This document shows positions 34,527-47,169 of a DNA stretch of 64,000 nucleotides, one piece after another. Source of the DNA: Elsinoe ampelina (Eukaryota); the NCBI GenBank assembly GCA_010093995.1, contig ML992509.1, positions 542,178 through 606,177 on the forward strand, read 5' to 3'. The position numbers and the translations under genes were made by a program. The notes under the pieces were generated by a model. The model ran no database searches. It saw nothing but the letters and a program-made list of their open reading frames with translations, and was not told where the DNA came from. Every line of letters starts with the position of its first letter. Position 1 is the stretch's first letter.

Positions 34527-37500
34527 CTAGTTATTACTTAATAAGGCAAGATAATAACACTAGCTAAAGCCTTAATATAATAAAGATCTATATGTTAAAT
34601 TACTTTATACTAGAAGTCTAGATATAAGGAAATAAGGTAAAAGCAATAATAGATTTAGGAGCTAACTATAGCTACGTCTCTATAACAATTGCTAATTAGC
34701 TTAAACCTTATTAATATTAGAAGGAGTTACCTTACTTACTTACTATAGCAAATAGAACCTCTATAGAGAAGAACGAGAAAGTTACTTAGAAACTATAAAA
34801 TATTATAATCTAAATCGAAACATATACGGAAAAATAATTAATTAATATAGTTAATATATAGTATAATATAGTACTTAGCATAGACTAGCTTTAATAATAT
34901 AATCTAGACGTAGACTAGATTAAAGAAACACTTAAATTCCCTAGGTGTAATTATAGAATGTAAGGAGTATAATTAGCTCTATAGATACTAACTATAAGAA
35001 TAGTATAGGTACGACTAATAGTTAGAGCTATTACTAGCGTAAGTAATTAAGTACTTCTACTAGAATATAAAGACTTTAAGAACTTATTTAAAGAAAGAAA
35101 AGGTATTATAGCCTTACTCTAATATAAACTATAGAATTACAAAATACCTTTTAAAGAGGGTAAATCCCTAATATACTATTAAGGTCTTATACTACTATTA
35201 AAATAAGAGAAGAATGTCCTTAAGAACTATATCGATAAGTACTTACTTAAAGAATTTATATAACTATTAAAATTACCTATTATATATAGAGTACTTTTTA
35301 CACTAAAAAAGGATAGAACATTATAAATATATATTAATTATTAGAAACTTAATACACTTACTAGGAAGAATTGCTATCCCCTACTAAGGATTAATAAACT
35401 TTAAGACTAACTACTTAGAGCTAAATAGTTTACTATAATTAATATTAGAGATGCTTATTATTAAGTATAAATAAAGGAGAGTAAGGAGTAAAAAACGGCT
35501 TTTAGGACATAATAGAGTCTATATAAGTATCTTATTATACTCTTTAGGTTAACTAATACTCCTATAACCTTCTAAGAGTTAATTAATAACACTTTATAAG
35601 AATACCTTAATAACTTTATCTTAGTATATTTAGATAATATTATTATTTTCTTAAAGATATATAATAAACATATAGGATATATTTATAAAGTGCTATAAAA
35701 ACTAAAAGAGAAAGACCTACTAGTAAAACTCTCTAAGTATAAGTTCTATAAGTATAAGATATAATTTCTAGGCTATGTTATATCTACTAATAGTATTAGA
35801 CCTAATCCGAAGAAGATTAAATTAGTAAATAACTAGCCGGAACCTATAATAGTTAAGGAGGTTTAAGCGCTACTAGAGTTCTTTAACTACTACTATAAGT
35901 TTATTAAAGGATTCTCTAAGGTAGCTATACTAATATCTAATCTTACGAAAAAGGAAACTAGCTTTATCTTTAACAAAAAATGTAAGTAGGCCTTTAAGGA
36001 GCTAAAGCTTAGACTTATAATAGTACTTATCCTAGCACTCTTTAACTTAGACCGATAAGTACTACTAGAAATAGATGTCTTAGACTTTATAATAGAAGTA
36101 TATCTAGTATAGAAGGACGTAGAAGAATAACGCTACTTAATTATATACTACTTACGAAAAATGACTAGATCTAAACTTAACTATAATATATATAATAAGG
36201 AATTACTTATAATTATAAAAGCATTCCGTAAGTAAAGAGTATACCTAGAAGGAATAACCTTACCTATATAAGTCTATACTAACTATAAGAACCTTCTATA
36301 TTAGACAATAACTAAGGTTCTTAATAGATAATAGGTCTAATAGTTAGAAACACTTATAAGCTATAACTTCTAGATCTACTACGTTAAAGAATTAGAGAAT
36401 AGCGGAGTAGACGCTCTTAGCTAACAACTAGACTACTTAAAGAATATAATAATAATAGAGGCCTCTATACTAAAGTAGCAAGATAGCGCTTTAGTCTATA
36501 AGTACCTAAAGGTAGAGTAGTTATATAGCCTTACCTAGGAGCTTATATAAGAATAGAAACAAGAAGTTATTTAAATATACTATAATAACCTAATAGTAGG
36601 ATATAGTAGGATTAATAAGACTATTAAGCTTATTATATAAAACTACCTATAGAAAGGACTCTAAAATAATATTAAGACATATATTGCTACATGTAATACC
36701 TATTATAAGTCTAAGCACTTCTAACATAAACTATATAGCCTACTATAACTCTTACTACTACTAGATAAACTATAGTAATTAGTTATAATAGACTTTATAG
36801 GACCTCTACTACTATCGGAAGAACCTCTTATAGGTGTAAAGTATAATAGTATTCTAGTTCTAGTAGATAGGTTTATAAAGTATTACTACTTTATACTATA
36901 TAAGATAATAGTAACTACTAAGGATATAGCCTTTACCTTCCTCTAGATAATTATTTTATAATATAGAGTACTATAAGACCTAATAACTAATAGAGATAAG
37001 TTATTTATATTATAATTCTAGTAATTATTTATAGACCTACTAGGAATTAAATATAAGCTATTAACCTTCTTTTATCTATAAACGGATAGATAAACTAAAT
37101 AGGCAAATTAAGTACTAGAGTAGTACTTATAATACTACCTAAACTATAAGTAAGACTTATAAGTAATACTATTACTACTTACGGAGCTTACTATTAATAA
37201 TAGAAAGTCAGTAAATAGAATTTTACTATTCTATATAAACTATAGAATATACCTAGATCTATACTATAACACACTTAGAATTAAGCTAATATCTAAGGAC
37301 GCTAATATACTAGTAGCTAACATTAAGAAACTATATAACTAGCTATACTACGATATATTATTTATATTATAGAGAATAGTAGAGTTTACTAACTAGAAGA
37401 GAATTACGGGACTAATTCTATAGAAGAGAGAGAAAGTTTACCTCCTTAGTAAAAACATTAAAACGAAATAACTAAGTAAGAAACTTAACTATACTAAACT

Positions 37501-37900
37501 AAGACTCTTTAAGATCCTAGAAAAGAAAAATAAGAACATATATAAACTAGAACTACTAAGACATATAAGGATCTATCTAGTCTTTTATATATTACTACTA
37601 GAGAAAGCACTATAGAATACTATACCTAGACCTATTAAACTTAATAAAGAAACATAAGAGCTATAGTATAAGATCGAAAAGGTTTTATATTATAAACTTA
37701 TTAAAGGAAAACGTTACTATCTTATTTACTAGAAGGGACATTAGTATAGTAAAGTAATATAGGAACTAGAGAAGCACCTTACCTCGTAAGTAATCCTAGA
37801 TTACTAGATCGAGAACCTATTCTAAGTAAACTAACTAGATAGATCTAGTACCCCTAATACTAAACAAAAACGAGAATACCTAAGGAAGATTACTTAAGTA
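34517..37900 (+). pseudogene. pol of copy 1 (protease, RT, RNase H, integrase, chromodomain; -1 frame relative to gag; 3' end approximate)
   Basis: All in one frame after undoing C>T/G>A: AMIDSGA 34643, YLDD 35627, ETDASD ~36068, MDFVGPLP ~36787, GPFKI ~37502, HPVFHVSLL ~37574, chromodomain YEIEKV..YLIHWKG..TWEPEKHL 37667-37780. Confidence 0.88.
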
Positions 37901-38442
37901 ATAGAAGCACCTTAATTACTACTAAATAAAGAACCCTAGTTAGAGTTAGGTATAAATAATTACTAGTCCTATAGTAGGATAGGATCTACTAACGATAGTA
38001 TTTCCTCCTACTCTAGGACTTAAATATAAGTCTCCTCTAGAGAGATTACTTCCTCTACCTTGTCCTTTAACTTTTATATCTCTTTACATAGGTAAAGCTT
38101 ATTACCTATAGCTCTTTAATAAGCCTCTTTTACCTTTTTATAAGCTTCTTTAGCTTTCTTTCTAGTAGCCTTAGCTATAACTAATTCCTTTCGTAAACGA
38201 ATATACTTAAACTAGAGATGCTACTATTTTAATTTTATTACTTAAATATTATAACTTAAGTAGTTACTTATAATATACTAGCTATAGATACCCGACCGAA
38301 TATAGACTTTATAATCTAGCCTCTTTAATTTGTAACAAGAATAAGCCTATAGCATATTAGTTCTAAATAGTTTAATAAACTCTAAGAGATTCTTTCGTGT
38401 AGATATACTAGATTTACTATACCTTTAATAACTAGGAGACAT
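37894..38442 (-). pseudogene. Antisense extra ORF in copy 1 (Zn2Cys6-spaced cluster + coiled coil; RIP-disrupted; stop uncertain)
   Basis: ATG at 38442; six TAT/TAC codons spaced x2-x6-x8-x2-x7 (expected RIP products of TGT/TGC), followed by a K/E/A-rich helical stretch. Confidence 0.65.
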
Positions 38443-38516
38443 GTTTAGTATATAGCATATAAAGACAAGGAAAAATACTTACTTGTTAGGACAACTCGAT
38501 TAAAGGAGGAGAGTAA

Positions 38517-38979
38517 TATTATAAACTAGTAGGATAGCTAGAGCGTAGAGACATTAGGACTAATTAAACTACTAAGGTTATTACGTGACCTAGTCTAACA
38601 TTTACCTAGTTCTCTATCTTCTCTAGTAGCTCTACTCTAGAGACTATAGAGCGTATAGGTTACTAGTAGATATATACTCTATACTACCTCTAGCTTTTGC
38701 TACGAAGCACATAGAGCATATAGAGTACGTAATAGAGAATATATATATATAGGAACAGTCCTTACCTTATATAAGTACTATAGTTAACCTTGTCTAGATA
38801 GCAAACACTAGTATTACTAAGGCTAGCCTTTATAATACTATCTAATTGTACTTTATTATCTATAAGACATACCTTCTCTAACTCTTACCTTAGTACTATA
38901 CTACTATAGAAGTAGAACTACCTTATTCTTAGCTTAGCTTAGACTACTAGCGTAGGCTATATTTAGACAGTTCGTAACA
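38517..38979 (+). repeat. 3' LTR of copy 1 (463 bp)
   Basis: TATTATAAACTAG (RIPed TGTTACGAACTAG)...GTTCGTAACA. Confidence 0.95.
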
Positions 38980-39446
38980 ATACTAATCTAGTAATACTAA
39001 ACTATATAAACTATATATAATTTAGGTTTCTAGAGTATAGAAAGCTTTATTATAAAAACTTAGACTTTATAAATCTTATATAGCTTATATTAGTCTAAAA
39101 GAGATAAGTAGATTTTATTACTATTTAACTACTTGTAATAATCTAAGTAGACTAGATATAAAGCTAAGATTTATTTACTAGTAAGTCTATATAATAAATA
39201 TTAAATCTCTTAAATAGAATTCTAATAGTAATTAAACTTAAAAAGTTATTAAGAGTTTAAAAAGCTAAAGTTCTTAAAATTCCTTACTTTCTTAACTTTA
39301 TATCTCTAGAAGTATATAAGTATAACTAAATTTCTATAGCTTATATTAAATTTTATATAATAGACTTATTATAATATAGTTCTTAGCTTTATATTTAGTT
39401 TACTTAGTTTATTATAAGTAGTAAAATAGTAATAAAATCTACTTAT

Positions 39447-39909
39447 TATTACAAACTGTCTAAACATAGCCTACGCTAGTAGTCTAAGCTAAGCTAGGAA
39501 CGAGGTAGTTTTACTTCTATAGTAGTATAGCACTAAGGTAAGAGTCGGAGAAGGTATATCTTATAGATAATAAAGTACAATTAGATAGTATTACAAAGGC
39601 TAGCCTTAGCAATACTAGTGTTCGCTATCTAGACAAGGTTAACTATAGTACTTATATAAGGTAAGGACTATTTCTATATATATATATTCTCTATTACGTT
39701 CTCTATATGCTTTATATACTCTATAGCGAGAGTTAGAGGCAATATAAAGTACACATCTACTAGTAACCTACGTGCTCTATAGTTTTAGAGGTAGAGCTAC
39801 TAGAGAAGATAGAGAACTAGGTAAATGTCAGGCTAGGTTACGTAATAATCTTAGTAGCTTAATTAGTCCTAACGTCTCTATATTCTAGCTGTCCTACTAG
39901 TTTATAATA
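39447..39909 (-). repeat. 3' LTR of copy 2
   Basis: Reverse complement of the copy-1 LTR; adjacent to the PPT. Confidence 0.95.
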
Positions 39910-39983
39910 TTACTCTTCTCCTTTAATCGAGTTATCCTAATAAGTAAGTATCCTTCCTTGTCCTTATACGCTATATACTAAAT

Positions 39984-40532
39984 ATGCCTCCTAGTTGTCA
40001 AAAGTATAGCAAATCTAGTATATCTACACGAAAGAATCTCTTAGAGTTTATTAAACTATTTAGAACTAACATGCTATAGGCTTATTCTTGTTATAAATTA
40101 AAGGGGCTAGACTATAAGGTCTATATTCGGTCGGGTATCTATAGCTAGTATATCGTAAGTAACTACTTAGGTTATAATATTTAAGTAATAAAATTAGAAT
40201 AGTAGCGTCTTTAGTCTAAGCACATTTATTTACGAAAGGAATTAGTTATAGCTAAGGCTACTAGAAGGGAAGCTAAAGAAGCTTATAAAAAGGTAAAAGA
40301 GGCTTATTAAAGAGCTATAGGTAATAAGCTTTACCTATACGAAAAGATATAAAAGTTAAAGAATAAAGCGGAGAAAGTAATCTCTCTAGAAGAGACTTGT
40401 ATTTAAGTCTTAGAGTAGAAGGAAATACTATTGTTAGTAGATCCTGTTCTACTATAGGACTAGTAGTTATTTATGCCTAACTCTAATTAGAGTTCCTTAC
40501 TTAGTAACAATTAAGGTACTTCTATTAGTTAA
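39984..40532 (+). pseudogene. Antisense extra ORF in copy 2 (Zn2Cys6-spaced cluster + coiled coil; RIP-disrupted; stop uncertain)
   Basis: ATG CCT CCT AGT at 39984; same frame, length and Cys-derived codon spacing as in copy 1. Confidence 0.65.
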
Positions 40533-43500
40533 GCAATCTTCCTTAGGCATTTTCGTTTTTATTTAGTATTTAGAGTACTAGGTCTGTCTAGTTAGTTTAC
40601 TTAGGATAGGTTCTCGATCTAGTAATCTAGAATTACTTATAAGGTAAGGTACTCCTCTAGTTCCTATATTACTTTACTATACTAATGTCCCTTCTAGTAA
40701 ATAAGATAGTAGCGTTTTCCTTTTATAAGTTTATAATATAAACCCCTTTCTATCTTATACTATAGCTCCTATGTTTCTTCCTCTAGTTTAATAGGTCTAG
40801 GTATAGTATTCTATAGTGCTTTCTCTAGTAGTAATATATAAAAGACTAGATAAATCCTTATATGTCTTAGTAGTTCTAGTTTATATATGTTCTTATTTTT
40901 CTTTTCTAGGATCTTAAAGAGTTCTAGTTTAGTATAGTTAAGTTTCTTACTCGGTTGTTTCGTTTTAATATTTTTACTAAGGAGGTAAACTTTCTCCTCC
41001 TCCTATAGAATTAGTCCTATAATTCTCTTCCGGTTAGTAAACTCTACTATTCTTTGTAATATAAATACTATATTATAGTATAGCTAGTCGTGTAGTTTCT
41101 TAATATTAGCTACTAGTATGTTAGTATCCTTAGATACTAGCTTAATTCTAAGTATGTTATAGTATAGATCTAGATATATTCTATAGTTTACATAGAATAG
41201 TAAAATTCTATTTGCTAACTTTCTATTGTTAATAGTAAGCTCTACAAGTAGTAATAGTATTACCTATAAGTCTTACTTATAGTTTAGGTAGCATTATAGG
41301 TACTACTCTAGTACTTAATTTACCTGTTTAGTTTGTCTATCCGTTTATAAGTAAAAGAAGATTAATAGCTTATATTTAACTCCTAGTAGGTCTATAAATA
41401 ATTACTAGAATTATAATATAAATAGCTTATCCCTATTAGTTATTAGGTCTCGTAGTACTCTATGTTATAAAATAATTATTTAGAGGAAGGTAAAGGCTAT
41501 ATCCTCGGTAGTTACTATTATCTTATATAGGACAAAGTAGTAATACTTTATAAACCTATCTACTAGGACTAGAATACTATTATACTTTACACCTATAAGA
41601 AGTTCTTCTAATAGTAGTAGAGGTCCTATAAAGTCTATTATAACTAATTGCCATAGTTTGTCTAGTGGTAGTAAGAGTTATAGTAGGCTATATAGTCTAT
41701 ATCGAGAGTGCTTAGACTTGTAGTATATATCGTAGGTAGCAATATATGTCTTAACATCGTTTCGGAGTCCTTTCTAGAGGTAGTTTTATATAATAAGTTC
41801 GATAGTCTTGTTAATTCTACTATGTCCTGCCGTTAGGTTATTATAGTATATTTAAATAACTTCTTTCTTTCGTTCTTACGTAAGCTTCTAGGTAAGGCTA
41901 TATAACTACTCTACCTTCGGGTGCTTATAGACTAGAGTGCTGTCCTACTACTTTAGTATAGAGGCCTTTATTATTGTTATATTTTTTAAGTAATCTAGCT
42001 AGCGGCTAAGAGCATCTACTTTGCTGTTCTCTAATTCCTTAACATAGTAGATCTAGAAGTTATAGCTTATAAGTATTTCTAACTATCGAACCTGTTATCT
42101 ATTAAGAACCTTAGTTATTGTTTAATATAGAAGGTTCTTATAGTTAGTATAGACTTATATAAGTAAGGTTATCCCTTCTAGGTATACTCTCTATTTATAG
42201 AACGCTTTTATAATTATAAGTAATTCCTTGTCGTATATATCGTAGTTAAGTTTAGGTCTAGTCATTTTTCGTAAGTAGTATATAATTAGGTAGCGTTATC
42301 CTTCTACACTCTTCTACGCTAGATACGCTTCTATTACAAAGTCTAAGACATTTATTTCTAGTAGTGCTTATCGGTCTAGGTCGAAGAGTGCTAGGACAGG
42401 TGCTATTATAAGCCTAAGCTTTAGCTCCTTAAAGGCCTACCTATACCTCTTATTAAAGATAAAGCTAGTTTCCTTTTTCGTAAGGTTAGATATTAGCGTA
42501 GCTACCTTAGAGAATCCTTTAACAAACTTATAGTAGTAGTTAAAGAACTCTAGTAGCGCTTAAACCTCCTTAACTATTATAGGTTCTAGCTAGTTATTTA
42601 CTAACTTGATCTTCTTCGGATTAGGTCTAATACTATTAGTAGATATAATATAGTCTAGAAATTGTATCTTGTGTTTATAGAACTTATACTTAGAGAGTTT
42701 TACTAGTAGGTCTTTTTCTTTTAGTTTCTATAGCACTTTATAAATATATCTTATATATTTATTATACGTCTTTAAGAAGATAATAATATTATCTAAATAT
42801 ACTAAGATAAAATTATTAAGGTATTTTTATAGAGTGTTATTAATTAACTCTTAGAAGGTTATAGAAGTATTAGTTAACCTAAAGGGCATAACGAGGTACT
42901 TATATAAACTCTATTACGTCCTAAAAGCTGTCTTCTACTCCTTGCCCTCCTTTATTTATACTTAATAATAGGCGTCCCTAATATTAATTATAGTAAACTA
43001 TTTAGCTCTAAGTAGTTAGTCTTAAAGTTTATTAATCCTTAGTAGGGGATAGCAATTCTTCCTAGTAAGTATATTAAGTTTCTAGTAATTAATATATATT
43101 TATAACATTCTATCCTTTTTTAGTGTAAAAAGCACTCCGTACGTAATAGGTAATTTTAATAGTTATATAAATCCTTTAAGTAAGTACTTATCGATGTAGT
43201 TCTTAAGGACATTCTTCTCTTATTTTAATAGTAGTATAAGACCTTAATAGTGTATTAGGGATTTACCTTCTTCGAAAGGTATTTTATAATTCTATAGTTT
43301 ATATTAAAGTAAGGCTATAATACCTTCTCTTTCTTTAAATAAGTCCTCAAAGTCTTTATATTTCGGTAGAAGTACTTAATTACTTACGCTAGCGATAGCT
43401 CTAACTATTAGTCGTACCTATACTATCCTTATAGTTAGTATCTATAGAGCTAATTATGCTCTCTATGTTTTATAATTATACTTAGGAAATTCGAGTGTTT

Positions 43501-46004
43501 CTTTAATCTAGTCTACGTCTAGATTGTGTTATTAAAGCTAGTCTATACTAAGTACTATATTGTACTATATGTTAACTATATTAATTAATTATTTTTCTAT
43601 ATATGTTTTAATTTAGATTATAACGTTTCGTAGTTCCTAAGTAACTTTCCTATTCTTCCCTATAGAGGTTCTATCTACTATAGTAAGTAGGTAAGGTAAC
43701 TCCTTCTAGTATTAATAAGGTTTAAGCTAATTAGTAACTATTATAGAGACGTAGCTATAGTTAGCTCCTAAATCTATTATTGCTCTTACCTTACTCCCTT
43801 ATATTTCAACTTCTAGTATAAAGTAGTTTAACGTGTAAATCTTTATTATATTAAGGCTTTAGCTAGTATTATTGTCTTGCCTTATTAGGCAATAACTAGC
43901 TAGTTTTTTGTTATTGTAGCTCCTTAGATAAGTAGCTAATCCCTTTCTATACGTATCTACTATTAGTACTATATCTATTAGACAAGTTATGTTTTATCGC
44001 TATTTAATATAGTAAGGTAAACTTCTAGCGCCTAAGTCCCTTAGTAACTATAAAGTCTAATAATTCTCTACTAGTTGTACTAAGTAGTATTATACACCTA
44101 TATAGGTATAACTATTTCTTCTAGGTATAGCTAGGTATTAGTATTAAAGATAAAAACAAGTTATATAGATTTGTCTTATTACGTCCTATTCTAGTAGTAG
44201 GTATATATTATTATATAATTCCTCTATATCCCTATAAGGTATACTTTAAGTCGTTTGCCTAATAGTAGTACATTGTCGTTGTTGTTATTGTTAGATAAGT
44301 TCTTATCTATATTGTTACATTATAGTTGTTTAGTATATCCTTCGTTATATTCCTCTTTGTCGCTACTGCCCCTAGTATAGTTATAGTTAGTAAGGCTATA
44401 CTAAGTATATTCTTTTACTTAGCTATAGGGAATAGTACTACCTATCTTAATTACTAAGAAGTCTATAGTGTATTTAAGACTAATAGCGTCTTCTCTAAGC
44501 ATATTATATAAGTAGATAGTATAGTACTATTCGTAATCTAGATTTATACATTTCTAGAGCGATATATAATATGCCTTTCCTTATAGTTCGCTATAAGAGC
44601 TAAAGGTAAGGCTACTATATTATTATATAGCACTTGTATCCTAATACTTTATCTTGATAATTATATATTAGTAATTGTCGCTAACTACCTTCTAAGGTTA
44701 GTTAATGTTACTACTAATTATAGAGAGTCTTTCTAGATTAAGCCCCTAGTCTAGCTATTTTATTAGTTGCCTACGCTTAGATAGCTTATATAAGAACTAA
44801 CTAGATCCCTACTTATCTAATAAGTAAATATAATAAGAGTTATTATAATATACTATCTATAATAGCGTTGTATGTTAGCTTTATTATTTACTATTAGTCG
44901 TAGAGATATTAAGTATAATATCTAGAGAGGATTCTATTGCCTCTTAAGTTGTTATAGATCTCTTCTATATTTCCTTACCTACGCTAAAGGTTATTAGGTC
45001 TTCTATAGTAGTATCGGCCTTTTTTTCTACTAGCCTAGTAACTATTATATATAATCTATTAGCTAGCGCCCCTTGTCGGTAGTCCCTAGCCTAATACCTA
45101 GGTCTTTTACACTTAAAACATAGGTTATCTTATCTGTACTTCTCTCTCTCTTTTCTACTAAGGAACTTTCCTTTATAGCTATAGCCTTATACCTATAAGG
45201 GGCAGCCTTCGTATATAGTATTAAGTTCTATAGGGTCTCTATAGTTTCGAGAGGAACATATATATCTAGTGTTTACCTTATATCCCCTATAACATTCTAT
45301 GTATTGTTTATAAAGTCTATTATTAATAGCAATTGTAGTATCTACTAGTTCCTAAAGACTATCGAGCGGCTCGAGTATTATTTAGTCTTTAACTAAGTCG
45401 CTTAGTCCTTAATAGAATACTAAGTGTTTAGTACTATCGTCCTAGTCTAGGTATATTATAAGTTATTAGAACTAGGAATAGTACTAGGCTATAGACCTAC
45501 GTTGTTATAATTGTTAGATCTTTATCGTAGCGACGTGTTCCTTATTAGATATATTAAAGACTTACTTAATCTTTGCCTAGAAAATACTAAAGCTCTTAAA
45601 GATAGCCTTTGTATCTAGGCCTAGTTATCTATCTAGGTAGCTACTTATATAAGGCTTAAACTACCCGAAGGCGGCGCCCTTAATGTGTATTCTAGTATAG
45701 AGGACCTTTGCTACGTCGTTACTATACTTATCTCTCTCTAGAGCGAAGAAGGCTTTAAGTTAAATAAGAAAGTGTCTTAAGTAAGCGTAGTCCCTATAGA
45801 AGAGTTCTACCTCTAACTTAGGCCTACTTCGTCCTTCTATACTAAAAGACCTTCTATGTTTACCCGAGGTTAAACTAGTAGTAGACATATTGTTAATAGT
45901 AAGCTTTTCTAGCTTGCTAGCGATTAAAGATGCTAATAGTAACTTAGAGCGAGAGTTACTTATTAACCTTGTAGCGTGCTATACTATAGTAAGGGTAGTT
46001 AAAA

Positions 46005-46467
46005 TGTTATAAACTGTCTAAACATAGCCTACACTAGTAGTCTAAGCTAAGCTAGGAACGAGGTAGTTCTACTTCTATAGTAGTATAGTACTAAGGTAAG
46101 AGTCAGAGAAGGTATGTCTTATAGATAATAAAGTACAATTAGATAGTATTATAAAGGCTAGCCTTAGTAATACTAGTGTTTGCTATCTAGACAAGGTTAA
46201 CTATAGTACTTATATAAGGTAAGGACTATTCCTATATACATGTGTTCTCTATTGTGTTCTCTATGTGCTCTATATACTCTATAGCAAGAGTTAGAAGTAA
46301 TATAGAGTACACGTCTGCTAGTAACCTGCGTACTCTATAGTTTTAGGGGTAGAGCCGCTAGAGAAGATAGAGAACCGGGTAAACGTCGGGTTAGGTCACG
46401 TAATGATCTCGGTAGCTTAATTGGTCCTAACGTCCCTACATTCTAGCTGTCCTACTAGTTTATAACA
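46005..46467 (-). repeat. 5' LTR of copy 2
   Basis: TGTTATAAACTGTC...AGTTTATAACA; direct repeat of 39447-39909. Confidence 0.95.
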
Positions 46468-47130
46468 CTTATTTCTTTTAGACTAGTATAAGCTATATAT
46501 AATTTATAAGGTCTAGATACTTATTATAAAGCTTTAGGTCTCCTATAAGCTTAAATTATATATAGTTTATATAGTCTAATATAGCTAGTTTAGTATATTA
46601 AATATAAAAAACTAAATTCTAAAATAGTACTTACTAAAAAAGCTCTAATTAGTTTATAAGAAGATATATATAAACATAAACTATATATTTAGATATTTTA
46701 CTAGTAACTACATCTAATATAGCTTAGTATAAGTTTCTATCTAGTCTAATTAGCTTAATATCTTAATTGGAATTTTCTAGAAATTCTTAAAACTGTTTAC
46801 TTTATATCTAGCTATATATAAGTTATTAAGCTATAAATTTTTAACTAATAAGTAATATTACACTGTTTTAGTATAGTCTAAGCTTTTTGTTATTAATTTC
46901 TATATTATTTACTTCATTATATAAGATAATAAAGTTACTAGTTAAAATTTACTATTTCTTATAGAAGAAGCTAATAGCTAGACTTAATTTAAGTATAAAT
47001 AGATTAATCTATAATATATATGCTACTAAACCTAGATTAGGTCAGTATATATAAATAATATGCTTAGCTATTTAGATATCTAGAAAAAGAGCAATTTTGG
47101 TATCTAGTTTTGTTCAGAAATTCAGACTCG

Positions 47131-47169
47131 ATTTTGCCAAGAAAATCCTAACCCTTTTGCAACAGAGAA
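47131..47169 (-). repeat. Right terminal inverted repeat (39 bp)
   Basis: Reverse complement is TTCTCTGTTGCAAAAGGGTTAGGATTTTCTTGGCAAAAT (2 transitions vs the left TIR). Confidence 0.9.

Larger units (their letters stand above)
31953..38979 (+). mobile_element. Full-length Ty3/Gypsy chromovirus LTR retrotransposon, copy 1 (7027 bp), RIP-inactivated
   Basis: TG...CA ends, 463-bp LTRs, 5-bp TSD ATACT (31948-52 / 38980-84), PPT TAAAGGAGGAGAGTAA 38501-16; de-RIPed PR-RT-RH-IN-chromodomain order. Confidence 0.96.
39447..46467 (-). mobile_element. Full-length Ty3/Gypsy chromovirus, copy 2 (7021 bp), same family, inverted, RIP-inactivated
   Basis: 463-bp LTRs 39447-39909 and 46005-46467, TSD CTTAT (39442-46 / 46468-72), PPT complement at 39910-39925; colinear reverse complement of copy 1; gag ATG at 45888. 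Confidence 0.96.
31375..47169. mobile_element. RIP-degraded foldback/TIR DNA element (~1737 bp once the two retroelements are removed), TA-flanked (Tc1/mariner-type ends)
   Basis: TIRs 31375-31413 and 47131-47169 match at 37/39; TA at 31373-74 and 47170-71; host segments 31375-31952, 38985-39446 and 46473-47169 form long inverted arms. No transposase is recognisable. Confidence 0.8.

Noticed and set aside
31953..46467. The inverted 7-kb repeat as an assembly artefact or a single inverted duplication
   Set aside because: The copies have different TSDs, non-mirror insertion sites, independent RIP changes and a copy-specific LTR transversion.
31375..47169. Centromere (AT-rich, inverted-repeat-flanked core)
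   Set aside because: Every base is accounted for by three mobile elements apparently inserted at one TA in a short intergenic gap, and the block is small for a filamentous-fungal centromere. It cannot be excluded without CENP-A ChIP or Hi-C.
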